Below are positions 1-8,379 of a stretch of 64,000 nt of DNA, piece after piece. Source of the stretch: Opitutia bacterium (GTDB lineage Bacteria; Verrucomicrobiota; Verrucomicrobiia; Opitutales; Opitutaceae); contig CANJCM010000003.1 in the NCBI GenBank assembly GCA_947472765.1, forward strand, positions 29,612 through 93,611. Reading direction: 5' to 3'. The number at the start of each line of letters is the position of its first letter. Within the stretch, counting starts at the first letter, position 1. The position numbers were made by a program, and so were the translations under genes. The notes under the pieces are model-generated. The model saw only the letters and a program-made list of their open reading frames with translations, was not told the DNA's origin and did not search any database.

Positions 1-4
1 CGAT

Positions 5-1423
5 TTGATTATCGCCGAGGCGCATGTGCGCGATCTCACGGCCCTCGCGCCGGTCGCGGCCACGCCCGAGGGGCGGCGCGGGTTCACGGGCCTCCGGCAA
101 TGGGTCGAGAGCGACGACTTCTACCTGCATCATCTCGGCGTGAATGCGGTCGAGCTGCAGCCGGTGCACGAGTTCGATAACGTGACGACGGACGAGTACC
201 ACTGGGGGTACATGACGAACAACTTCTTCGCCCCGGAATCGAGCTATGCGCTGGAGCCGGCGCGCGCCTCGGGGTTGAAGGAATTGCAGGCACTGGTGAC
301 GGCGTTTCACCGGCGCGGCATCGCGGTCATCATCGACGTCGTGTTCAACCATCAGGGCGTGCCGGCGCACCTGATGTTCGTGGACCGGCTGTATTACTTC
401 GAGCAGGACGCCCAGGGAAACCTGGCCAACTGGAGCGGTTGCGGCAACGACCTGCGGGCGCGCTCCGCGATGGCGCGGCGGCTGATCATCGATAGCTGTC
501 TCCACTTGATCGATGCCTTCGGGGTGGATGGCTTCCGCTTCGATTTGGCGGAGCTGCTCGGCGTCGACGTCCTGCGCGAGATCGAGGCCGCGCTGAAACG
601 GGTGAAGCCCGACGTGATTCTGATCGCGGAGCCGTGGAGCTTTCGCGGTCACATCGCGGGGACCTTGCGCGACACGGGCTGGGCTTCCTGGAATGACGGC
701 TACCGCGACTTCGTCCGCGGCTACGTGCGCGGCGACGGCACGGCGCAGCGCATGGAGTACTTCCTCCGCGGCTCGCCCTGGTATTTTGCGAAGTGGCCGG
801 CGCAGACGATCAACTACACCGAGTCACACGACGACCGGACGTGGATCGATGTGATCACCGAGAATCCGGGCAGCGACGGCTTCCGCCCGACCTCCAACGA
901 TCGCCGGCGCACGCACCTGATGGCGGCGATTCTCTTCATGTCGATCGGCGTGCCGATGGTGTCGGCCGGCCAGGACTTTCTCCGATCGAAGCACGGCGTC
1001 ACGAACACCTATCAGCGCGGGGACCTCAACGCCCTCGATTACCACCGGCTGCATCGCTTCCGTTCCACCCACACTTATTTCGCGGATTGGATCGCGTTCC
1101 GGCGGAGCGAAGTGGGGCGGTTGCTGCGGCAGTGGGCCCGACCGAGCGAAGGTTTCTTCACCTTCTTTCACGCCCCCGGGTCCCCGGCACTGGTTGTGCT
1201 CTATAATGCCGACCGGTCTCAGGGACCGAATCGCCTGCTCTTTGCCATCAATCCCACCTTCAGCGATGAAACCATCGAGGTTGGCAGGGAAATCGCCGCC
1301 GCCAGCTGGCTGCAGCTCGCCGACCACGACCAGTTTTATGCCCGTCGTGGTCCCTCCGCACCGGTCACGGCGGAATTTGTCGTTCCGGCGCTGAGTTGCG
1401 GACTCTGGCAGAGCAGCGGCTAG
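5..1423 (+). CDS. GH13 alpha-amylase-family debranching enzyme (pullulanase/GlgX-like), C-terminal part; 5' end outside window
   Basis: Frame is open to the left window edge. GH13 conserved regions are readable in the translation: VIIDVVFNHQG, GVDGFRFDLAE, ILIAEPWS, INYTESHDD. Confidence 0.85.
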   Translation: MIIAEAHVRDLTALAPVAATPEGRRGFTGLRQWVESDDFYLHHLGVNAVELQPVHEFDNVTTDEYHWGYMTNNFFAPESSYALEPARASGLKELQALVTAFHRRGIAVIIDVVFNHQGVPAHLMFVDRLYYFEQDAQGNLANWSGCGNDLRARSAMARRLIIDSCLHLIDAFGVDGFRFDLAELLGVDVLREIEAALKRVKPDVILIAEPWSFRGHIAGTLRDTGWASWNDGYRDFVRGYVRGDGTAQRMEYFLRGSPWYFAKWPAQTINYTESHDDRTWIDVITENPGSDGFRPTSNDRRRTHLMAAILFMSIGVPMVSAGQDFLRSKHGVTNTYQRGDLNALDYHRLHRFRSTHTYFADWIAFRRSEVGRLLRQWARPSEGFFTFFHAPGSPALVVLYNADRSQGPNRLLFAINPTFSDETIEVGREIAAASWLQLADHDQFYARRGPSAPVTAEFVVPALSCGLWQSSG

Positions 1424-1435
1424 GCCGAGCCCGTT

Positions 1436-2728
<1,293 letters not shown>

Positions 2729-2747
2729 GCCAACTCGCACTCACTTC

Positions 2748-2816
2748 GACCGCGAAGGGCGCCAAGGCTCGCGAAGCACTCGCGCCACCCTGGTGACCTT
2801 CGCGGTCAATTTTTTT
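2748..2816 (+). terminator. Terminator/attenuator-like hairpin plus T7 tract between gap and pgk
   Basis: Perfect 11-bp stem GACCGCGAAGG (2748-2758) / CCTTCGCGGTC (2797-2807) with a 38-nt loop. It is followed by AA and seven T (2810-2816), 3 nt before the pgk ATG. Confidence 0.45.
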
Positions 2817-2819
2817 CCC

Positions 2820-4082
2820 ATGGCCAAATTCAAGACGATTCGCGACCTCAAGCTGGCGGGACGCCGTGTCCTAATCCGCGTCGATTTCAATGTCCCCCAG
2901 GACAAGAAGACCGGCGCCATCACCAACACGCAGCGGATCACCGCCGCGTTGCCGACGATCAAGTACGCCCTCGATCAGGGCGCTTCCGTCGTGCTGATGT
3001 CGCACCTCGGCCGTCCGGACGGCAAGAAGGTCGCCAAGTTCTCGCTCCAGCCGGTCGCGACCGAGCTCGAGAAGCTTCTTGGCCGCAAAGTCACCTTCCT
3101 CGACGACTGCGTCGGCCCGGCGGTCGAGGCCGCGTGTGCGCCTGGCAAGTTGAAGGCTGGCGACGTCGTGCTGCTTGAGAACCTGCGCTTCCACATCGAG
3201 GAAGAGGGCAAGGTGAAGGTCGAGAATCCCGATGGGACCGAGACCAAGATCAAGGCCGATCCCGAGCAGGAAAAGGCGTTCCGCGCCTCGCTCTCGAAGC
3301 TCGGTGACGTCTACGTCAACGACGCGTTCGGCACCGCGCACCGCGGCCATTCGTCGATCGTCGGCGTCGCGCTTTCGGAGAAGGCCGCGGGTTTCCTGAT
3401 GGAGGCCGAGCTCAAGGCGTTCGCCAAAGTCATGGACAATCCGGAACGTCCGCTGCTCGCCATCCTCGGCGGCGCGAAGATCAAGGATAAGATTCCGCTG
3501 ATCAAAAACCTGATCGAGAAGGCCGACAAAATCATCATCGGCGGCGGGATGGCCTACACCTTCCACAAGCAGCTTCGCGGCATGAAGATTGGCTCCAGCC
3601 TCTTCGACGCCGAAGGCGCGACGATCGTGGGCGAACTCGAGGCCAAGGCGAAGGCGCGCGGCGTCGAGCTGATCCTCCCGATCGATTTCGTGGCGGCGGA
3701 CAAGTTCGATCCCAACGCCAACACCCAGCCGGCGACGCTCGAGAGCGGCATTCCCGACGGTTGGGAAGGCCTCGATGCCGGCCCGAAGTCGATCGAACTC
3801 TACCGCAAGGCGATCCTCGCCTCGAAGACCATCGTCTGGAACGGCCCCGCGGGCGTGTTCGAGTTCGACAAGTTCGCCGTGGCCACGAAGGCCATGGCCG
3901 ACGCGATTGCTGAAGCGACCGCCAAGGGCGCCACGACGGTGGTTGGCGGCGGTGACACCGCGACCGCGGCCAAGAAATTCAAGGTGGCCGACAAGGTCAC
4001 CCACTGTTCGACCGGCGGCGGCGCGAGCCTCGAGTTCCTCGAAGGCAAAGTGCTGCCCGGCGTCGCGTTCCTGGAGAGCTGA
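2820..4082 (+). CDS. pgk: Phosphoglycerate kinase
   Basis: Motifs [43 protein letters not shown]. Start moved to ATG 2820 ([10 protein letters not shown]). Confidence 0.96.
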   Translation: MAKFKTIRDLKLAGRRVLIRVDFNVPQDKKTGAITNTQRITAALPTIKYALDQGASVVLMSHLGRPDGKKVAKFSLQPVATELEKLLGRKVTFLDDCVGPAVEAACAPGKLKAGDVVLLENLRFHIEEEGKVKVENPDGTETKIKADPEQEKAFRASLSKLGDVYVNDAFGTAHRGHSSIVGVALSEKAAGFLMEAELKAFAKVMDNPERPLLAILGGAKIKDKIPLIKNLIEKADKIIIGGGMAYTFHKQLRGMKIGSSLFDAEGATIVGELEAKAKARGVELILPIDFVAADKFDPNANTQPATLESGIPDGWEGLDAGPKSIELYRKAILASKTIVWNGPAGVFEFDKFAVATKAMADAIAEATAKGATTVVGGGDTATAAKKFKVADKVTHCSTGGGASLEFLEGKVLPGVAFLES

Positions 4083-4097
4083 CGCTCTCTGGGTTTT

Positions 4098-4218
4098 GAG
4101 TTTGGCGTTCGGAGTTTCGAGTTTCGTACTCCGAACGACAGCCCTGACACCCAGAACTCAGAACTCAAAACACAGAACGCAAAGAGACTCCAAACCCCAA
4201 ACTCCGAACACCAAACTC
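4098..4218. repeat. Intercistronic inverted repeat (20-nt arms) spanning the pgk-tpiA spacer
   Basis: GAGTTTGGCGTTCGGAGTTT (4098-4117) is complementary at 19 of 20 positions to AAACTCCGAACACCAAACTC (4199-4218). An inner 9-bp hairpin lies at 4107-4136. The right arm ends 2 nt before the tpiA ATG. Confidence 0.8.
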
Positions 4219-4220
4219 AT

Positions 4221-4991
4221 ATGATTTCCCGGAAGAAACTCATCGCTGGCAATTGGAAGATGAACAAGACGTCCGCCGATGCGGCGACGTTGGTGGGCGA
4301 CCTCGTGTCGGCCATCGGCAAGCAGAACGACGTCGATGTCGTCGTATGCCCTCCATTCACCTCGCTCGAGAGCGCCGGCAAGGTGCTCGAGGGTTCGACC
4401 GTGAAGCTCGGCGCGCAGAACATGCACCCCGAGGCCAGCGGCGCCTTCACCGGCGAAATCTCGGCCCCGATGCTGCGGGCGCTCTTCGCGACCTACGTCA
4501 TCCTCGGACACAGCGAACGCCGGAGTTACTTCGCGGAGACGGATGCCTTCATCAACAAGAAGGTGCACGCCGCGCTGAAGAACCAGCTTCGCCCAATCCT
4601 CTGTGTCGGCGAGACCCTCGCCGAGCGTGAGTCCGGCTCGACCTTGAAGGTCGTGCAGACCCAGACCGAGCTCGGCCTCGAAGGCGTGAGCAAGGAACAG
4701 GCGGCCAGTCTCGTCATTGCCTACGAGCCCGTCTGGGCGATCGGCACCGGCAAGGTGGCGACGACCGAGCAGGCGCAGGAAGTCCACGCCTTCATTCGCG
4801 ATTTGCTGACCAAGCTCTACACCGCGCCCGTCGCGCAGAAGGTGCGGATCCTTTACGGCGGCTCGATGAAGCCGGCGAACGCGCCGGAATTGCTCGCGCA
4901 AAAGGACATCGACGGCGGTCTCATCGGCGGCGCGAGCCTCGAGGCCCGCAGCTTTGTCGAACTGGTCAACGCCGCGATTGCGGTGAAGTAA
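4221..4991 (+). CDS. tpiA: Triosephosphate isomerase
   Basis: IAGNWKMN, ILGHSERR, AYEPVWAIGTG, ILYGGS motifs. Confidence 0.96.
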   Translation: MISRKKLIAGNWKMNKTSADAATLVGDLVSAIGKQNDVDVVVCPPFTSLESAGKVLEGSTVKLGAQNMHPEASGAFTGEISAPMLRALFATYVILGHSERRSYFAETDAFINKKVHAALKNQLRPILCVGETLAERESGSTLKVVQTQTELGLEGVSKEQAASLVIAYEPVWAIGTGKVATTEQAQEVHAFIRDLLTKLYTAPVAQKVRILYGGSMKPANAPELLAQKDIDGGLIGGASLEARSFVELVNAAIAVK

Positions 4992-5002
4992 GGACGGCGT
5001 TC

Positions 5003-5062
5003 GGGCGCGCACGAGGCGCGCCCCTACAAATGCCTTCGTAGGGGCGGGGCTCGTCCTCGCCC
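5003..5062. repeat. REP doublet (REPIN-like), GTAGGGGCG subtype
   Basis: GGGCGCGCACGAGGCGCGCCCCTAC and GTAGGGGCGGGGCTCGTCCTCGCCC lie in inverted orientation 10 nt apart. Each unit is GTAG plus an imperfect palindrome. Confidence 0.8.
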
Positions 5063-5095
5063 GAATTGCCGGCGTACGCCGAACACCCCCGCCCT

Positions 5096-5128
5096 GACGG
5101 GCACCCCTCTTTTTGGAGGGGACCTTGG
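5096..5128. repeat. Family G fragment (GGCACCCCTC..GAGGGGACC hairpin unit)
   Basis: GACGGGCACCCCTCTTTTTGGAGGGGACCTTGG resembles the 5' part of the longer units at 26696 and 32768. Confidence 0.4.
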
Positions 5129-5287
5129 TCCGCGTACTCGTAATGGGCGGCCAGAAAAGTTCCCGTCTCGCGTCGGTTGTCGAACTTGGTCCGGGGCAGG
5201 GAGGTTGGCTTCCGCCGGGTCGTAAGACGCCGCGAAAAAAACCTTGCCGTCCCCAGCGCCACTCGCGACGTTCCGCGTTCCCTGTTT

Positions 5288-5373
<86 letters not shown>

Positions 5374-5460
5374 GTTTTCCGCGGCGCGGAGAACTTCGGT
5401 TTCGCGGTGCGAAACCCGGATGGGATTTTACCAGACCAAGGTTTTCGCAGCGCGAAAACC
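5374..5460. terminator. Three tandem GC-rich hairpins between convergent tRNA-Tyr and radC
   Basis: GTTTTCCGCG/CGCGGAGAAC (5374-5394), GGTTTCGC-GGT-GCGAAACC (5398-5416), GGTTTTCGC-AGC-GCGAAAACC (5440-5460). The last one touches the radC stop codon. Confidence 0.5.
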
Positions 5461-6230
5461 TAGAGCATCCCCGCTTCGCGGAAGCTGAAGAAGCCACGGC
5501 CGGTGGGATCAGCACCGGCGCGGCCGATGATGAGATGGTCGATCAACTCGATATCGACCGCGCGGGCCGCTTCGCGGAGCTGCCGGGTGACTTGCAAGTC
5601 TGGCGCACTTGGTGCCGGGTCGCCGCTCGGGTGGTTGTGGACGCACACGATGGCCGACGCCGATTCGCGGACGGCGGTGCGAAAGACTTCGCGGGGGTGG
5701 GCCAGGGCGGCGGTCGCGGTGCCAGACGTGACCTCGACGCGCTTGAGCAGCCGGTTCTTCCGGTTGAGGCAGAGCACCCAGAATTTCTCCACCTCGAGTC
5801 CGGTGACGAACGGCTGCAGGTACGCGGCCACCAGTTCCGCCCGGTTGAGCAGCGGGGCTTCGCCGGCTTGCTGGATGACCACGCGACGGGCGATCTCCAT
5901 GACCGTGACGAGTTGGAGCGCCTTGACCGGACCGATGCCGCGAAGACGGCGGAAGTCCTCGGTTCGCCAGGTGATTAGACCTGCCAGGCTTCCGGCCTCA
6001 GCGACGAGGCGCGACGCGAGGGTCAACACATCCTGACCCTGTGTGCCGCTCCGCAGCAGCATCGCGAGCAGTTCGGTGTCGCTCAACGCCCCCGGCCCAT
6101 GCTGTTCGAGTCGCTCCTGCGGCCTTTCCGCCACGGCGGTTTGGCGCAGCCGGTTCGGCTGGGAATAGGCTTCCGGATTGGGCGGCGCCGGAGTCGGCGG
6201 GGAAACGTTCACGGGAGGAGAGGGGAGCAA
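5460..6230 (-). CDS. radC: RadC-family JAMM protein (UPF0758)
   Basis: ERPQERL...LSDTELLAMLLRSG N-terminal HhH region and HNHPSGDPAPSAPD JAMM motif. ORF-track start is TTG, so the true start is uncertain. Confidence 0.85.
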   Translation of the reverse strand: MLPSPPVNVSPPTPAPPNPEAYSQPNRLRQTAVAERPQERLEQHGPGALSDTELLAMLLRSGTQGQDVLTLASRLVAEAGSLAGLITWRTEDFRRLRGIGPVKALQLVTVMEIARRVVIQQAGEAPLLNRAELVAAYLQPFVTGLEVEKFWVLCLNRKNRLLKRVEVTSGTATAALAHPREVFRTAVRESASAIVCVHNHPSGDPAPSAPDLQVTRQLREAARAVDIELIDHLIIGRAGADPTGRGFFSFREAGML

Positions 6231-6316
6231 CCGGCCGGCGATGGACCGCGGTGGCTCCGCGTCCTTGGATGAAGCGAAGAAGGGCGAAGGCGACGGTCGC
6301 CGAACCCCGAATCAAG

Positions 6317-6447
6317 GGCCACGACTGAAACGTGGCCCTGCCCGTGAGGGCAGGGATTCGAGACGTGATGTCAGGCTGAAAGACGATTCTCAATCATGCC
6401 GTCCCGCTGCTCACGCAGCGGGCGACGAAGCCAGCTTAGGAATCCAG
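6317..6447. mobile_element. Family B MITE-like element, copy 1 (two-hairpin module)
   Basis: Contains GTGGCCCTGCCCGTGAGGGCAGGGAT and GTCCCGCTGCTCACGCAGCGGGC hairpins and ends in TTAGGAATCCAG. Homologous to 23342, 36559 and 57735. Confidence 0.75.
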
Positions 6448-6529
6448 TAATACGTGAACGTGCGTAGGGGATATTTTTCCGTGGGAGAGTGATGACTCCC
6501 TATGTCAGCACGGCTGACCGATCTGTAAG

Positions 6530-7090
6530 GTGCGCGCCGTGATTTTCGCACCCGGCACCCAAAACCCTTTCCGGCACCTGTTGGCGGTGGTGGTTTTGGT
6601 CGGCAGCCTCCTCGCCCCGGGTTGTGCGACGGTTCCGCGGGTCGCGGAAAGCCGGCCGGTGTTGAAGGCCGATTTGACGCCCGTCGCCGTGGAGCTTTCT
6701 CCCCGCGAGGCATGGCACCGTGCCGAGGCGTATGCCCAGGCGCATCCGGGCAGCAAAGTGATGGTCGGCCGCGGCGGCTCGATGCTTCCGCAGTATGAGG
6801 ACCGCACCATCCTCGTCGTGCAGGCGATGGAGCAGTCTGAACTCCGGCAGGGAATGACCGTGGTTTTCTTCGGCGATTCCGGCCGTCAAGTCGCCCACAC
6901 GCTGCTTGCGCCTTCGCCGCGAGGCTGGGTCGCGATGGGTATGGGCAACGCCGAGCCTGATCGCACCCCGGTGCGGTACGGAAATTATGTTGGCACCGTA
7001 ATCGGCGCCTTCCGGCCCCGCACCGACCTCGCCGACCAGGAGTCTCCCGTCGTAGCCATCAACGGAGAGCGCCTCGCGGTCATTGATTAA
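6530..7090 (+). CDS. Secreted S24/S26-like peptidase-fold protein (possible lipoprotein)
   Basis: GTG start. Hydrophobic leader ending LLAPGC. GGSMLPQYEDRTILVV resembles the GxSMxP nucleophile motif of signal-peptidase-like enzymes, and RQVAHTLL sits where the general base motif lies. Confidence 0.55.
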   Translation: MRAVIFAPGTQNPFRHLLAVVVLVGSLLAPGCATVPRVAESRPVLKADLTPVAVELSPREAWHRAEAYAQAHPGSKVMVGRGGSMLPQYEDRTILVVQAMEQSELRQGMTVVFFGDSGRQVAHTLLAPSPRGWVAMGMGNAEPDRTPVRYGNYVGTVIGAFRPRTDLADQESPVVAINGERLAVID

Positions 7091-7145
7091 GGAGTTCGAG
7101 GGAAACCCGTGCGGGTTGCTCTCAAAGTCAGGAGGTCAGACTCCC

Positions 7146-7183
7146 GGCAGGGTTGGAATCCCTGCCCTCACGGGCAGGGCCAC
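7146..7183. repeat. Family B fragment (single CCCTGCCCTCACGGGCAGGG hairpin)
   Basis: GGAATCCCTGCCCTCACGGGCAGGGCCAC matches the first hairpin of family B in reverse orientation. Confidence 0.7.
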
Positions 7184-7293
7184 CCGACCAATCCCAGAAG
7201 TCCCAGTAGAGCGAGATCTCCGAATTCCAAGATCACCGCCCTCCGCGCGCTCAGCCTCAGCCCATAGGGTTTCGGGCGCAGCCCGAAACCCTC

Positions 7294-8379
7294 TTAGTAG
7301 TGCTTCACGTAGCCGTTGCGGCGAAGCCGCTCGAGCCAGCGTTCCTGATTCACGCGCGACATTTGCTGGATGAGCATGCGCTCGATCTGGTCGCGGACTT
7401 CATTCAGCGGCTGGATGCCGGCGAACTTGCGGTCCTCCACGAAGAGGAGGAAGCAGCCTTCGGGTAGCACGAGCGGCTCGGAGGCCTCGCCCGGCTTGAG
7501 ATTGAAGGCGACGTCGCTGAATTCCGATTTGAAGTCCGAGCGGCGCATCATGCCCCAGTCGCCACCCTTGGCGCGCTTGGCATCGCGGCTGAACTCCTTC
7601 GCCAGGTCCTCGAATTTTTCGCCGGCCTTGAAGCGGGCCAGGATCTTGTTCGCCTGAATGAGCAACTGCTGGTCGTTCTCACCCTCGGGACGCGTCAGCT
7701 GAATCAGGCGCAGATGGACTTCGTCCTCCCGATAGAACCGATCCTTGTTCTCATTATAGAAGGTCTCGATCCGGACCGGGCTCACGATGCTCTCCGACTT
7801 GCGCTGCTGGCTGCGCATGTAGCTGTAAATGATGTCCTCCTCGACCTCGCGTTCGAACTCGCGCGTCGTGAGTCCCATCGAGCGCAGGTAGGCGAGGAAC
7901 TTGGAACGGTCGTTGTCGAACTGCTCCGAGAGCCGGTTCGCGATTTCGTTTTCGACGTAGCTCCGGGGAATGTGCTTCTTCTCGTCCTTCCGGAAATCTT
8001 TGATGATCAGGACGCGGTCGATGAGGTCCTGAATGACGCTGTCCTGCAGGGTCGTGAGGCGGTCATCGAGTTCCTTCTGGCTCTTGGCCTCGGCCTGAAG
8101 CTGCTGGAACAGGGGGGCGATTTCGCGGGTGACGTCGGCGACCGTGATGATTTTGTCCTCGGCAATCGCGACGATACCGTTGGCAAAGCGAAGGTTAAGC
8201 GAGTCGGACGGGTTCGGCGCCGGATTGGCGACCGGGTTGACCGGCTGGGCCGCGGGCTGCGCCGCCTGGGCCGCCGGCTGGCCGAAAGTCGGAAGAGGGG
8301 TGCCATTCTGGCCGAAAGCCACGGTGCCGAATGCGGCCGCAAGCAGCAGGGAGACGAAGTGGCGGGGACGGAACGTCAT
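7294..8379 (-). CDS. SurA/PpiD-like periplasmic chaperone with parvulin PPIase domain
   Basis: Signal peptide MTFRPRHFVSLLLAAAFGTVAFGQ. Parvulin-like C-terminal part: FSRDAKRAKGGDWGMM...FNLKPGEASEPLVLPEGCFLLFVEDRK. ATG 8379 overlaps the mfd stop (ATGA). Confidence 0.8.
   Translation of the reverse strand: MTFRPRHFVSLLLAAAFGTVAFGQNGTPLPTFGQPAAQAAQPAAQPVNPVANPAPNPSDSLNLRFANGIVAIAEDKIITVADVTREIAPLFQQLQAEAKSQKELDDRLTTLQDSVIQDLIDRVLIIKDFRKDEKKHIPRSYVENEIANRLSEQFDNDRSKFLAYLRSMGLTTREFEREVEEDIIYSYMRSQQRKSESIVSPVRIETFYNENKDRFYREDEVHLRLIQLTRPEGENDQQLLIQANKILARFKAGEKFEDLAKEFSRDAKRAKGGDWGMMRRSDFKSEFSDVAFNLKPGEASEPLVLPEGCFLLFVEDRKFAGIQPLNEVRDQIERMLIQQMSRVNQERWLERLRRNGYVKHY

Noticed and set aside
7440-7470. 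GGAAGCAGCC, which resembles the SRP RNA domain IV core.
   Set aside because: It lies inside the SurA-like CDS and lacks the surrounding conserved helix. It is a chance match.
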